Assembly: GCF_001194135.2 (NCBI RefSeq)
Contig: NC_068982.1
Coordinates: forward strand, 20,240,901 to 20,304,900
Length of the DNA: 64,000 nucleotides
Direction: 5' to 3'
DNA from: Octopus bimaculoides
Lineage: Eukaryota
The position numbers and the translations under genes were made by a program. Positions 1 through 14,840 of the stretch are shown piece by piece. The notes under the pieces are model-generated. The model ran no database searches and was not told where the DNA came from. It saw only the letters and a list, made by a program, of their open reading frames with translations. Position 1 is the first letter of the stretch. Each line of letters opens with the position of its first letter.

Positions 1-729
1 ATCAAGATGCTATACTTTGATTCCTTAAGCAATTATTCTAAGTTGCACTCCTTATTAGGAATTCAATATTCTTAATTGCTATCTTTTTGGCGCCAATCCT
101 TATTCTAGTGTCCAAGTCAACTAATGAAATGGAAGAAGTTTTCAAAGAAACTATGGCACGCATCGCATCTCTTTTATATTGTTCTATTCTCTCGCTACTT
201 TCTTTCTTATTTCATTCGCCTAATAAGTCATTATTTTTATATTCGTTTTTCTATAGTATTTTGGCAAGTGTTTCTTGGCATGTAACAAGTCTTTAAGATT
301 TAATCTCCAAGGCGTGAAATAGATTCCATAAAATATATCTCGTTAAGCAGATCTAAGTTTTCATTAAACTTCTTAAACGAATATACTATAATGTAATATA
401 AAATACAAGTAGAATTTTGAAAATTAATATTAATGGAATACTTGGAACGTTAGCTAAGCAAGCCATAAAACATATTTGCTCGAACGGTCGCATAACATGA
501 TTTTTTCCTTCACTCTTTCTAACTAAGTTTTTAACTTCATGCTATATTATTTCATGTAATTACAAAGCGTATAAACATGACAATAAATATAACACACCTG
601 AGTAAAACACTGAATAAAACAACAATATATATATGTATGGAACAGGATAATTAATATCATATGTTATTATGAATGAGATTCTCTGCATTTATCAGTAATG
701 TTGCAAAAACCATTCTAACCTAACAAAGC

Positions 730-743
730 ACACACGCACACAT

Positions 744-825
<82 letters not shown>

Positions 826-870
826 GTGTGTGTATGTGTGTGTGCGTGCGTGTGTGTGTGTGTGTATGCT
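730..870. repeat. Compound (CA)/(TA)/(TG) microsatellite
   Basis: Read directly. Confidence 0.95.
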
Positions 871-1055
871 TGTGCGTGTGAGTGTATGTGTGATTACATA
901 ATACATATATGTACATATATATATATGCATATTAATATATTTAATATATGAACACACAAAGACGCACACACACACATATACATAAATATATATGCACGTG
1001 TGTAACTTTAACTCTGCACATTTATACTTAAGCCTAGATAATTTTGGCAGTTCAT

Positions 1056-1168
1056 AACATATGCTATATCCCGCTCTGTATGCCATTAATGTTTATCTAA
1101 GGACAAAGCCAACATATGCAATGTCCCGCTCCGTATGCCATTAATATTTATCGAAGGACAAAGCTAAC
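1056..1168 (+). repeat. 55-bp tandem duplication
   Basis: aacatatgctatatcccgctctgtatgccattaat... repeats at 1111 with few substitutions. Confidence 0.9.
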
Positions 1169-1288
1169 GATTTGGCCAACAAAGTGTTGAAAATATGTCT
1201 TTGAAGGCATTGCTGTTACAAAGCAAAAATCCAGATGTTGTTGCTAATTTGTATACAGTACAGTCAATCTACTTTTACAGGTATAATT

Positions 1289-1427
1289 CTACCAAATCCA
1301 CTCACAAGGCTTTGGTCGGCCCGAGGCTATAGTAGAAGACACTTGCCCAAGGTGCCATGCAGTGGCTCTGAAACCGGAACCATGTGGTTCGTAAGCAAGC
1401 ACCTTACCACACAGTCACTCCTACGCT
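1289..1427 (-). mobile_element. tRNA-derived SINE family 1, 5' part
   Basis: The reverse complement gives gtgtggtaag...catggttccggtttcag...ggcaccttgggcaagtgtcttctactatagcctcgggccgaccaaagccttgtgagtggatttggtag. Homologous copies occur at 14.2, 31.0, 39.4 and 40.6 kb. Confidence 0.85.
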
Positions 1428-2218
1428 ATATAATTTCTTCTTAATAAATAAATAATCATAATTGAACGATTACAAAAGAATGAAAGTGGAGCCCCTTATA
1501 ACCTGGGTAATCTGAATAGATGAGGGTATGCAATAAATATATTTTACAAAGTAAATTTTTTTAGTAATAGTCGTCTATCTGCATTACGTCATCACAAGGA
1601 AATAATATACAAAGCTGCATCAATATGTTCTCTTCATAGAGCACTATTATGTCTTCTTTTTTGTGTGTAATAAATCACTGCTTACTTTTGTACCTGGGTA
1701 GCATTTATGTCATTTACTCATAAAACAAGAAATTATTTGGTTGGTTAGCGGTAAAAAAATCTGAGTGGCGACAGAACATTGCTGCTGTGGAGACAACATA
1801 AAAATACATTGTGCCTGTCCAAACTGAATAAGACGTGTTTCAGCAATGATAATGGTTTGTAATGATAATCAAATTGTGTAACTAAGCGAGTGTAGATCCT
1901 GCAGCAAGTTACTTATCCGATAGTCTGTTAAAGGAAAAAGCCCTAAGATAAAACAGTTAAAGACATTCCAGTATGTTTATCCAAAACATAATTATGTTGC
2001 TTTCAACAACTTCGAATCTCCTTCCAGTAACTGATAAAAACTAATTCTTAATGTATATACCAGGGTTCCGAATGCTTAGTTGTTTGCTAAGGTCATAAAT
2101 CCCTGACAAAATTTTCTTGGGTGTTTATGGTTGTATTCACCTTTGAACGCAGTGGTTTCGGGATCAATTCCTACTCAGTGAATTGGTGCAAGAGAACCTG
2201 CCAATATTTATGTTATAG

Positions 2219-2404
2219 AGGGTGATGCACAGAAACATTGCTCAGGTTCCGTAGCACAGTGTAGTACAGATCCAAATTTACACACTCGAAATTCGAATCC
2301 CAGAAGTTATACAGAACATTCGCCAAAGTATTACTTGAATCCCAAAGAAGTTCACAGTCACAGTGGTACAGCAGTTTCACATAAGCAGGAGGTCGTGCCA
2401 ACGG
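2219..2404 (+). CDS. Candidate internal coding exon (phase 1-1, 186 nt)
   Basis: Stop-free frame 2182-2454, acceptor ttatgttatag, weak donor gtgtga. Reads (E)GDAQKHCSGSVAQCSTDPNLHTRNSNPRSYTEHSPKYYLNPKEVHSHSGTAVSHKQEVVPT. No homology recognised. Confidence 0.25.
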
Positions 2405-3989
2405 GTGTGAAAAAGTACAAAATTAAAAACATCGATGTCGCTATTTTACGTCCATAGCTAGACATGGACAACCGTGTTTTGATGCCGCAGGGAATTATTA
2501 TCAAAATCTTCGATGGTAGTAGTGATTCTTTTCCAGCACTTATATTTCTGAAGTTACACTATGCTACGGAACCTGGGCTACTGTTTCGTGCGCCCCTCTG
2601 TACTTATAGTTGAATAGCCAGTCTCGGTTTATTGGTCAAAGTATTCTTGCCGATGTTGTTACGTGGTGGTGAAGAAAAAGTCTTAACCGCAAACATCATT
2701 TGATTGTATTAACCATTGGTTGTATTCTTTCAGTGCTGATTCTCATATATTTTAGAAAATAATAACTGAACTTTTTTCGCATTTTCTATATCCGGCGAAG
2801 TAAATAATGTGGAAACGATAGTAATGTTACTTATACTTCACAGACGTTGTCCAACATTATATGTTAAATTAGTATCAATATAATACGAAAGTGGGATGGA
2901 TACTTTCGTTTGGTGAGGTAAACCATTGTTAGTTTTCTGTATTGGAGATACAATCAGTTGATCATGATAATGGAAATGAACATCAAAATATATTAGAAGT
3001 GAAATAAGCCATGGCTGATTATGTTTGGACACTTGATATCACAAACTCTGATAACTATACACAAACACACAGGAACATAGACACAGATACACAAATTTAC
3101 AGTCATACGATTATCAATAGTGGATAGATTATGACATAACAAATAAAACATTAGTTTGCTGCCGACTAAGCTAAAACTTGAAGCTATCAACATTAATATA
3201 TGGTAGACAATAGAGTATTTCTATCAGCATTTCCCCCTACCTCTCTTATATCAGCCTGTTCATCTGTCTCTATCATTCTTTCTTTCAGCTTTTAGTCGAA
3301 ATTGCGAATGATTGTCCAACCATGTGCACACACGTTTGTGAGTGTCAGTTAACGTGACAAGGCTGAGGCACTCACTGTAACCAAGCCAATTTTTGACAGA
3401 TGTAAGCTATATGTCAGCGGTTCGGTTGCATTCATTGTCAGTAGTTCGTCCCCTTGTCCAATTTCCTTAATCACCTTATGTTAGATTTGACAGAACATGA
3501 ACTGGGAATTGAAATTCATAAATTATTGTGAATTATTTAGTAGAATAGATAATTTATTGCTGGATATTTTATTCTCATGTGACACTCTCAATTGTATCTA
3601 ATTCTAACAAGAGTCTCTAATGTTACAGCTAAACTCCTCGTTTAAATCACCAGCAATATGTGATAGAATACCATAAATCAAGAGAGGAGCGCGAGACGAT
3701 ATATCCCTTGAAGCAATTTAAAATATTCTGTGATTTATTCATCGTAGTCGAAATTGATGATTACTGAAAATATATTTATAACATCAATTTAATACAGGTA
3801 GAATTTAATTTGGTACATACGACTGTAAGGTTTCCATTGAGACGAATTTGTACTGTTAGAAAATACGTTTATGCACTTCACAAACCGTATTAAAACTAAT
3901 AGTAGTTTTCAATTCTCACAACCGATAAATTAAACTAAATTTCACCATTATCGCAGTTCGAGTATTTTAATCGTGAAAAAATAATTGTT

Positions 3990-4175
3990 TTAGGGAAGGA
4001 GTTAGTTATTAAATTGACCCCTCACCACTGTTCACTTTCTACTTATTTCGACAACTCAGAAACGATGAAACACAAGTCGACCTCGGCGGAATTTAAACTT
4101 AGGATGTAAGGACAGACAGAATGACGCTAAATATTCTGTCCGTCATTCCAACGCTTCTGCCAGCTCACTGTCTTG
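3990..4175 (-). mobile_element. SINE family 2, decayed
   Basis: aagtcgacctcggcggaatttaaac...ttctgccagctc is the reverse complement of the 27852 copy. Confidence 0.7.
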
Positions 4176-6749
4176 CTCTAGAAGAAATAATGTGAATGTA
4201 CGCATCGTAATATACTATAAAGGTATAATTGTATATAAATTTAGTAGACTGAAGTTTTACGCACGGACAAGGAAAAGTAAATAAATTATGCTAATGACAT
4301 CTTCATTATTTTCTTTGGTTAGCACAATTCAGCAGTGAGCATATAAAAGTTCGGTACCAGTAACTGCGAGACTTTTCTCCCACATAGTATCTCCTAAGGT
4401 CAAATGCCGTGAATGAGTTGCTTCTAAATACTTACTCTTAGGTAAAAAAAACAAAAAAAACCGTTACGTATTAATTCTGCGCCTCAGGTTATTTCAGTAT
4501 CTGGAATCAGGCTCAGGCATAGCGCATAATATGCATTAAATATAATTAACGAGAAAGAACAAATATACATTCATTTTCAATATACATATAATATTCTGTT
4601 ATCGAAGCGTAGCAAATCAGCAAATCTGTTTTAACTATGTTACAAATGAAAATATACATTTGTGTTATATTCTGATATATATTTAAAGGGAAACATGGGA
4701 TTTATTATTCTATATTTCATTTTGTATGTTTCATGTCTGATACATTCTTTCGTTTGAAAGTTTCTAAGAGTGAATAAAAATTCCCATGCATCGCTGTTGT
4801 AAATTTATTGATTTCAAGTACCGTTTTATCTTGGATAGACGCAACAATTTTTACTGTGGAACACATTTTCTAGGTATATAGATAGCTCAATCATAGTTGA
4901 TTCACTATCACTGTGTACACCATATCAATGCACTTTAGGTCACATTTAATGCTAGTTTCCTCTTATAGACATTGCAAATTCTTCCTAATTGTATTACTAT
5001 ATATCAATTGAAACAGATGCAGCTGGTGTTTAACTACGAGCCAGCTCTGAATGAAGAGATATGTGAAGAAAGGCACTTTTTAAGTAAGAAAATAACTTTT
5101 CAGTTGCCTTCCACTTTTGAAAATGTTTGAAAGATTTTGGGGAACAGATTGATTCCTATACATAACAGAACAATTGATCACGAAATCAATAGTGTTAACA
5201 TTGAAACCCACGTTTAAATACTACGCAGTACGGCCCGTAAAAATGTGGCATACGATACAATCACGTTTATCCTCTTCACTTGTGTAAGCAATGTCATCAG
5301 AAATAGTGAAATAGTTCCAATTCTGCAAAATTATGATCAAGGTGGCTTTTTTTGTATCCTAAAAACTATAACATCGCAAGTAGATGTTTCTAAAAGTGCA
5401 AATTGTTTACATTCTCTTTGTTCCATTTCCTACCTAACTAGTAAATATGCTGATGATTGAGTTCCATACATCTGTGTTATATTTAAACGGAGGGTCAGAA
5501 AATATTAAACATCAGTCACTTATTCATTAGTCTATATTCGGATACTGTACTGTATCTGCTCTATTGAATCAGCATGTCGCAACACCCATTCACCATGGAA
5601 TACACTGAAGTAATGTAAATACCGAGCTGGGTTTTATATGATATATTGGATTAAATAAATAAGACGGCCCAAGTGTCTGCAAATGATAAAACTATATTCT
5701 ATTCATTTCTCTCTATCCTATTTTATGATATGGCGTTCGCAATCCAAATATAATTTTTTGGGCATTTAGTAGAGTTTAATAGACAGCCAGTATTTAGAAT
5801 CTGTCCAAAAGGTATGTGGAACATGAAAACATATAGGAGATATCCTCAATATTTTAGATCTCTTTCTCGATTCATTAATTCTTGTCACTCAATCCATTAG
5901 TTTTTTTCTCTCAATCCACTTCTCTAAAACTTCCTTTTGGATTTTATCTGCATTTATTTTTTGCTTACCTGTAACTAATTGACAATATGTCTTACTGTCA
6001 TTTATATTATAGAATATTTATTATCATTAAGTAATTTTCTGGTCCTGTTTCTTTGGCGATTGTTCTATCACGTAGCTATATTCTATAATCTCATGCGCTT
6101 TTGTCATTATCTTTCAGATTTTTCTTTCAAGAATATGAAGGATGGGGCTCAATATAACACTCTAATTTTACCCAATACTCTTTAATTCAATCTGTCGTTG
6201 GTTAACAAGCAATTTCTACTTGCGACTACTTTACGCGCTCAATATTCTTCAAAATGGTATCAGTATTTGCTAGTTAACATTTTCATCTTACACAATTTGG
6301 TCAGTCATTTATTCTATTTATTTTCCCCTGCACTTTTGTCTTATATCTGAATGTGATGTGAGATCTAATTAAATACATTCTATCTGCTATAAATGCCTTC
6401 TCACAGCTCGTTCATGTACATGCGATGACTTACTTGATATTAAGTAGGAAAACTTTCGCAGTAGTAGCATTTAAGATATTATTTCATTTCACCATACCAT
6501 CCTTCCGGCATAAAATATATATCACACGAAGGAAGATAAGGTGTTGTATGTAACAGTTTCTTAAAATACTTTGATCTAAAATGAAAATTATATTTAAATC
6601 GGTTTTCTAATTCCCGAAAAATCATGAGGGAATAGCTTTTTGCACTCCATACTTGACAAGAAGCATATTTTGAATGAATTATTTCCTCCTTAAATGTACC
6701 TAGACCTATAAACGGATGCAGCTATAGTTCCTTAATTTTTAATCCTTGC

Positions 6750-7500
6750 ACCCATCAAATCTGAAGCTATAAAATTGCATGATTATAGTTTATGGAACAT
6801 GCTTCCTAATTGAGTTTCATTTCATTATTAAGAACTATTAAGGAACAAGATATCTAGACTCCCTAACCTCGTGAAGTTGTATGCAATCGTATTAACAGCG
6901 TTGGGGTTGGACCAATCATTTTCTTTTTCGTATTGGGGAAACAATTTGATCTCAGCTGGATCATTATTAATGGCTGCTATAAAATTTCGAATATCGAAAA
7001 TTGGTGACTAGTGAAAGTATAGTTTTCAACATGCTTGAACTCCGAGACATAAATGCTTTCTAATATGATTTCTTCTACTTGGTAGTGAAGACATTTTGAG
7101 TATGGCTCAGGAATTCACAATCACAGACAGAAACAAAGAGTAAGAGCCTCTCACTGAATGATACTTGCTGTTGTTGGAAACTCTTTATGTAGACTATCCA
7201 CGAATTGCAAAATATTTCAGGGGTTTGTATATATAAAGGTAATGGCTTCGACAGTTTCATTTGGAGATAGTTCTATTGACAGTACCAAATGCTTCTAGAA
7301 GTATATCACTTAAGTCGGTGCATTTTGCTTGGAAATTCTTAAATCTTGTATAATTCTTGTATAAGAAATATTTGCCGTGATGTTAATCTGTATTTGCAGA
7401 AAACGTTTTTAGTCTTTCGAATGGTGAAAAGAATGTGGAGTGGAATTCTGTTTAAGAGCATACAGCTCTAAATGTTTCAGTTTGGATCTATGTATTTTCC
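6750..7500 (-). mobile_element. Highly decayed LINE RT fragment
   Basis: Scattered minus-strand motifs YRLTSRQIFLIQELYK, LEAFGTVNRTI (KAFDTVNR-like) and RLGSL, broken by many stops. Confidence 0.35.
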
Positions 7501-9046
7501 ATTTAGCCCTCAGGCAGCTGAAGAATGCTGTTCTTTGGAAGAACAACATTTAAATACTTCGAAAAGACTGTTACCTTCATTTATTTATCTTCTTAGAGAA
7601 ATCTAGCAGACATGTAATGAAGAGCTAAAAGTTGATTTGCTATCTGAAATATTTTCAAACTATTCTATAGTTTATGGGGCAGTCTACTTTGCCAAGACGT
7701 CTGCTGAAAAGCGAACTTTGTCAAGTTTGGTTTTACATCCTTTCATTTCACCAATAAGAAATTTTGTGGGCTAAACTCAGGCATCCAATTATTGTATAGC
7801 GAATGTCTCGTCATTGGGACAGACCACTTGTTAGTAAGTTTTCTCAGAACTGCACAAGTGGTGTAAATGCATTCAACTTGAGAACAAATGTGTGCTTCAC
7901 TGTTCTTTATATTTCTCATCACGTGAAGCTTTAAGGAAATCGAATTAGCTTTTAGTATTCGTTGCACAACTTGACAGATGTTTTTTGCGTTGTTTACTTC
8001 AGATGATCCTAGACCCTATTTACCAGCTCTCTGCAAAGGAGTTTATCACTTCCTAAGCAGGCCACCCAATTGAGGTTTCACAGGGAGATCAATATATCCA
8101 TTTTCCTTTCAGTCAAAATCTGATATAATTATACACCTTCGTTCTTTGAAACTTAAAAATGTAAGTAGTATGTATTATGTGAAATGAACTTAAACGCATA
8201 TATTCAGCTCTTCAAATTGCGAAATGAAACAACTAATATTGGTTACCCAGCTGTTAATTTTAAGCATAAGTGTTGCATGAGTTTTGCATCTAAAATATGT
8301 GGCTGTTTTGTGGCCCTTGTCGTATTTTGTTCTTTAGCCAAAATTTAGGTCTGATTAAGGAGACTGCTCAGAGATATTAATTTATGTGGCTTTTCTGTAA
8401 AATACATAGGCACAAAGTTATAAAACAGCATTATGCACATTTATATCCATGTTGCCTTTCTATAAGATATATACTAATAAATTATAAAGAGATGTTATGT
8501 GCTCAAATATTTTGTATAATGAAGGTTTCTATGATATTATATCTTTACCGCCAAAGTTCAGATATTGGCATGAATAGTTTCATAATTTTTTACATGCTGC
8601 AGGTACTAAAGAAGCATGTTTTTATATAATATTACATACGGCAATATAATTAGAGTAATTCCGTACAATATACGCACATTAACACAAGCGAAAAGTAATA
8701 ACATAAAATAAAAATGTATGAATATATAAATAATAAATATACAAGCAATCAGCTAGCTTCTAAAAACATTTGCACTAAACTTAACGATCGTTAATGCTTC
8801 CCACCATTAACAGAGTAAATAAATATTCATATATGATACATGATACATACTTCCATAAACGCGAACATAAAAGCAAATTAAACGGATATTCATCACGTAC
8901 GACGATGAACATTGATATTGTTCCATAAACTACAGTACACACTGACAAAATTACTATTAAAGAGGATGAGTATTTAACAGACATGTGTAGCATTAACGTT
9001 ATGAATCGATGAAAGCATATGTCACATAGTTCGATTATATAAGAGA

Positions 9047-9077
<31 letters not shown>

Positions 9078-10047
9078 TATATATATAAATATATATATAT
9101 ANNNNNNNNNNNNNNNNNNNNNNNNNNNNNNNNNNNNNNNNNNNNNNNNNNNNNNNNNNNNNNNNNNNNNNNNNNNNNNNNNNNNNNNNNNNNNNNNNNN
9201 NNNNNNNNNNNNNNNNNNNNNNNNNNNNNNNNNNNNNNNNNNNNNNNNNNNNNNNNNNNNNNNNNNNNNNNNNNNNNNNNNNNNNNNNNNNNNNNNNNNN
9301 NNNNNNNNNNNNNNNNNNNNNNNNNNNNNNNNNNNNNNNNNNNNNNNNNNNNNNNNNNNNNNNNNNNNNNNNNNNNNNNNNNNNNNNNNNNNNNNNNNNN
9401 NNNNNNNNNNNNNNNNNNNNNNNNNNNNNNNNNNNNNNNNNNNNNNNNNNNNNNNNNNNNNNNNNNNNNNNNNNNNNNNNNNNNNNNNNNNNNNNNNNNN
9501 NNNNNNNNTGTGTGTGTGTGTGTGTGTGTGTGTGTGTTGTGTGTGTGTGTTTATATCAGGAAAAGGAACAAATAGAATAATTACCAAAATAAAGAAGTAA
9601 TGGGGGAATTCTTTCGACTGAAACTCTTTCAAAGCGCTGTTCCACCATGATCCGCAGCCTAATTACTCAAACAATTAAAAGATATAGGTATGTATGTACA
9701 TATTTTTCTGTGTTTCTTTCTGCAATTTGTGGTCCTTAAAATACTTCATGAATTTTATTCGTGGGAGTGACATTTTTTTGTTGTTGACATCGTATGCATT
9801 TATGAGATTTTATGAGAACTTCGAATAATTCTTTCCTGGCATGAGTTCTCGAAGAACATATAAAGCTGAAAATAATAGCATATAAATGAAGGGGACAAAA
9901 TCCTTTTGGGCAGATAGAGTCGACTGGAGGCCGTGGAGAGCGAACCCATATCTGTTGTAGACATGATATATGGTCTACCATTAAAAACATTCCTTTGCAT
10001 CACGGGGAGCAATAGAACATGTAGGATCGCTCATTTTGTATTTATCT

Positions 10048-10200
10048 TTTCTACTATAGGCACAAAGCCTGGATTTTGTGGAGTGGGATTTTGTAGATTA
10101 CATTGTCCCTAGTGTTTCAACTGGTACTTAATTTATTGACCGCGAAAGGATGAAAGGCAAAGTCGACCTCGGCAGACTGTGAGCTCAGAACGCAGCGACG
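10048..10200 (-). mobile_element. SINE family 2
   Basis: actggtacttaatttattgaccgcgaaaggatgaaaggcaaagtcgacctcggc. Confidence 0.8.
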
Positions 10201-10500
10201 TGCTGACCCCTAGGGATGGATGTTACTGTTGCTTTTAGCCCCAGGAGGACATCTCCTCCAGCTGGCTTATCGACACACTACTGTGTCCTGTTTGCCAAGG
10301 GAAGTTATCCCTCTCACCATGATCTGTAGCACGAACGGATCCGGATTTCAGGGTTATTTCCCTTCGTCGGCGTTCGATAGCCACTGACCTTGGTGAGAGA
10401 GACAACATCCTGGCATTCTGTTCCTCGGCTGTGTCGTTGGTGGTGTCGTGTCCAGCCATGTTGTTTGTAGTAAATCTCTGCATGCTAAATTCAAGTTTCA
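10200..10500 (-). mobile_element. Probable 5' region of an RTE-type LINE
   Basis: GC-rich island with the minus ORF MAGHDTTNDTAEEQNARMLSLSPRSVAIERRRREITLKSGSVRATDHGERDNFPWQTGH. It resembles a repeat-derived sequence I recall from octopus and is not verified. Confidence 0.35.
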
Positions 10501-13140
10501 GTTGAAAATCACTACGATCGTGAATAAAAGGCTCCCTCAGTTAATTCATCTGAAGATTAACCAGTTATTTCACAAGGCTGACAGTTGTGGCTTGAGATAC
10601 TATTCTTCGTATTTTCGATAAATAGTTTCCTACCCAGATACGCGACTTTCGCTTCAAATGTGTATGTTTTTGTGTGTGTCTGTGTATTTATGTATGTATT
10701 CAAATATATATGCATAAATAAATTTCATACAAAATACGCTGAGCTGAAATATTTAAGCGAAATACAGAATGTGCTTAAAATTCGAGATGAAGAACACCCT
10801 CGTAGTTAATGTGTCACGTTCCTCTCATTGTTCATAAACCGTGCCATAACTGTTACATTCGGTTGAAAATTTCTTGCTTGCTGTTAATATAATTCAAACA
10901 ACTTCTTCAATGGTATTCTGGTCTGAACATTGCAAGGATAACCTTAGTGAGTTGCAAATATCATCTGTCTTCTCTCTTTCGTATGAATGAGACTGTCCTA
11001 CATATGAATGTATACGTTTCTATAAAGACGTGCGTGTGTATTTATATGTATAGCATGTCTCTCAATTTCATTTTCACTCAATATATATAGAAATTCACAC
11101 ATACGTTCATACACACATACATTCATACATACATATGTGTGTGTGTGTGTCTGCTTGTGTGTGTGCACATAAGTGTATACGTAAGTGTGTGCGTGTGTGC
11201 ACGTAAGTGTATATGCGTAGGCCTCTGTGTCTCTGACTCTACCTGTGCGTGAGTGGATATTGACTACTCTGCGAAAGAAAAGCTATAATTATTGAATATA
11301 ATTTATTGTCTATTCCACAATGTCCCACTTTTCAATGTTCATTAGCAGATCATTCAGAATTTCCTGCGCAGTTTTTGTCTATTTTGTTTTCTATACTATG
11401 GTTAAATATGAACTCATCGTACATTTCAATTATAGAGGCAATAAACATTTTTTGAAATATATAAATTGCCCTCGTAGATGTTCAAGAAAATAGAAACAGT
11501 CTTTTCTAATATAATCTATTTCTGTTAGTAATAATACCATAATACATTTAGCTTAGTTTTTGTTCATGAGATAATAGAATCCACAGAACAAAATATTTTA
11601 ATCACAATATGCATCTAACTGTTTCATTCAACTGAAGTTCGCATTGCTTGTATTTTAGGCTAGTCCGAGAAATCAGGATGTATAGAAAATTCAGAAATAT
11701 ATAATGAAGATTTGTGAGAAAACTGATTCAATGAATAGTCAAAATTAACATAAAAAATTCACAAGAAAAAAACCGCCGACAACTCATAAATTTAAAAGTA
11801 TTGTTAGATCAATATGATAATAAGGCTAGGAACAAGATAACTTCAAATAATATGGTAATCAAAGAGATTTGTTGATATACTAAACAAGATGTCTAAGGAC
11901 TGATTGAAAACAAAAACAAAAATAATTTTATAGACGTATTTAGAAAACAACAATGGCTTGAAATACCCATTTCTATTTAAAACCAAATTTGTAAATATAC
12001 GTAGAAAAATACTAAATTAAGAACTGCTTTTGAAATAAAGCTATGCTTTGAACAATAAATTACAATTTATATTGGAAAATTTAATTCAAATAAAGTGAAT
12101 AAGCTAAATACGCAAATATATGTTAGAGTGTGTCTGTCTGTCTGTCTGTATGCATGTATACATATGTATGTATGTACCATTTAATCTATGCCTCCCGATG
12201 TAGTTACATATACACAAACACACACGCACACACACACACACACATANNNNNNNNNNNNNNNNNNNNNNNNNNNNNNNNNNNNNNNNNNNNNNNNNNNNNN
12301 NNNNNNNNNNNNNNNNNNNNNNNNNNNNNNNNNNNNNNNNNNNNNNNNNNNNNNNNNNNNNNNNNNNNNNNNNNNNNNNNNNNNNNNNNNNNNNNNNNNN
12401 NNNNNNNNNNNNNNNNNNNNNNNNNNNNNNNNNNNNNNNNNNNNNNNNNNNNNNNNNNNNNNNNNNNNNNNNNNNNNNNNNNNNNNNNNNNNNNNNNNNN
12501 NNNNNNNNNNNNNNNNNNNNNNNNNNNNNNNNNNNNNNNNNNNNNNNNNNNNNNNNNNNNNNNNNNNNNNNNNNNNNNNNNNNNNNNNNNNNNNNNNNNN
12601 NNNNNNNNNNNNNNNNNNNNNNNNNNNNNNNNNNNNNNNNNNNNNNNNNNNNNNNNNNNNNNNNNNNNNNNNNNNNNNNNNNNNNNNNNNNNNNNNNNNN
12701 NNNNNNNNNNNNNNNNNNNNNNNNNNNNNNNNNNNNNNNNNNNNNNNNNNNNNNNNNNNNNNNNNNNNNNNNNNNNNNNNNNNNNNNNNNNNNNNNNNNN
12801 NNNNNNNNNNNNNNNNNNNNNNNNNNNNNNNNNNNNNNNNNNNNNNNNNNNNNNNNNNNNNNNNNNNNNNNNNNNNNNNNNNNNNNNNNNNNNNNNNNNN
12901 NNNNNNNNNNNNNNNNNNNNNNNNNNNNNNNNNNNNNNNNNNNNNNNNNNNNNNNNNNNNNNNNNNNNNNNNNNNNNNNNNNNNNNNNNNNNNNNNNNNN
13001 NNNNNNNNNNNNNNNNNNNNNNNNNNNNNNNNNNNNNNNNNNNNNNNNNNNNNNNNNNNNNNNNNNNNNNNNNNNNNNNNNNNNNNNNNNNNNNNNNNNN
13101 NNNNNNNNNNNNNNNNNNNNNNNNNNNNNNNNNNNNNNNN

Positions 13141-13178
<38 letters not shown>

Positions 13179-13202
13179 ATTTAAGATTAGGTAAGGTATA
13201 GA

Positions 13203-13262
<60 letters not shown>

Positions 13263-14239
13263 ATGTGTGTGTGTGTTTATATATATACATACATATGTGC
13301 GTGTATACATTTATACATACTTACATACATACATACATATCCACATACTCTCATATGCACTACCACAACACATACACAAACATATATAGGCCGAAAATAC
13401 TATTTTACCATTTAAATATATATTTTATATATATTTCAATAATTATTTTATGATACACCTTGGAAATCTAGACTAGAATATAGATTTGTGGGCTGCATAG
13501 GTGAAATGCTCCATAGTCAACTGGCTCATTCCAGCAATTTCATACATAAACGTCTGTTAAGGAGAAACTATTGCATGATGCATTAAGCACTTATGCAGAA
13601 TGTACAAATCGTAGTCAGACAACGAAAACGTATTTATTTCCGACACTACGTGTCAGAACACATTTCTTCTTAATGATTAGGCACACCATACTCTAACTGA
13701 CTATATAGTTACTATAATTATTCCTTAACGAATTTCGGTCGTTGTTTGACAAGGCGCCTATTCTACCTGCTGGAATATTGCAAATCCACGACTTAATTTT
13801 CCTGTTCCTGACATGACACGATTAATATAACTTTGACTAACCACACTCACCTTGAAACTATCCACATTAAAATTATGCATCATATATCGAAAGTTGTACT
13901 GCTAACAGTGTTCTTCCACTTTTTTCGAGCAATAGATTGATTGGATCGCGATTTATTTCATTTTCGGAGTCGTGCATCCTGTCGGAAGCACCATTACTGA
14001 CTGCTTTCATGTTTTCCTAGTTAGATCAGAATGACTACAGTTGATTCAATTGCTTAATAAAATAACGCTTGTTGCTTACAAAATAAAGCTAAATAATTAT
14101 ATATTAGAAGGTGGTGTTATATGTAATTACCGCATTATAGAAAATGTCTATCTAACCCCTTCTATGTCTATTTTTTTCCCTTTCATTTAAATGAAGTGAT
14201 AATTGCAATGCCTGCCGGTCAAAGCCTAGAATAATGTGA

Positions 14240-14392
14240 TAATGTGGTTGTTGTGTAAGAAATTTGATTCTCAGATACATGGTTTCAAGTTCAATCGCAT
14301 TGCATGGTACCTCGGACTAACTGTCTTCTGCTATAGCTCAGACCAAAGGCTTGCGAGTGTATGTGGTAGACAGAATCTGAAAGAAGCCTGTC

Positions 14393-14431
<39 letters not shown>

Positions 14432-14840
14432 TATACATTTTTATATGTATATATNNNNNNNNNNNNNNNNNNNNNNNNNNNNNNNNNNNNNNNNNNNNNN
14501 NNNNNNNNNNNNNNNNNNNNNNNNNNNNNNNNNNNNNNNNNNNNNNNNNNNNNNNNNNNNNNNNNNNNNNNNNNNNNNNNNNNNNNNNNNNNNNNNNNNN
14601 NNNNNNNNNNNNNNNNNNTATATGCCCGTATTTGTGTTTGTTCTAAGTGCCACCGCTAAACAACCACTGTTACTTTGGTTACTGTCTCCATAACTTAACG
14701 GTTCAGCAAAAGACACCAACAGAATACGTACCAGCTTTACTCTAATTAGAAACAGTGGGGCCGATTGTGCAACCAAGCCATTCAAGGTCGTGTACCAGTA
14801 TGTCAGTTTTCTAACGACTGAGGCAAGTAAAAGATAAAAT
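14240..14840 (+). mobile_element. SINE family 1, near full length, with internal microsatellite and N gap
   Basis: Head homologous to 1289-1427, then (TA)n and a gap, then the tail taacttaacggttcagcaaaagacacc...gcaagtaaaagataa. Confidence 0.75.

Noticed and set aside
3600-3730. LINE RT remnant (IKRGARDD)
   Set aside because: A single weak motif is not enough to call.
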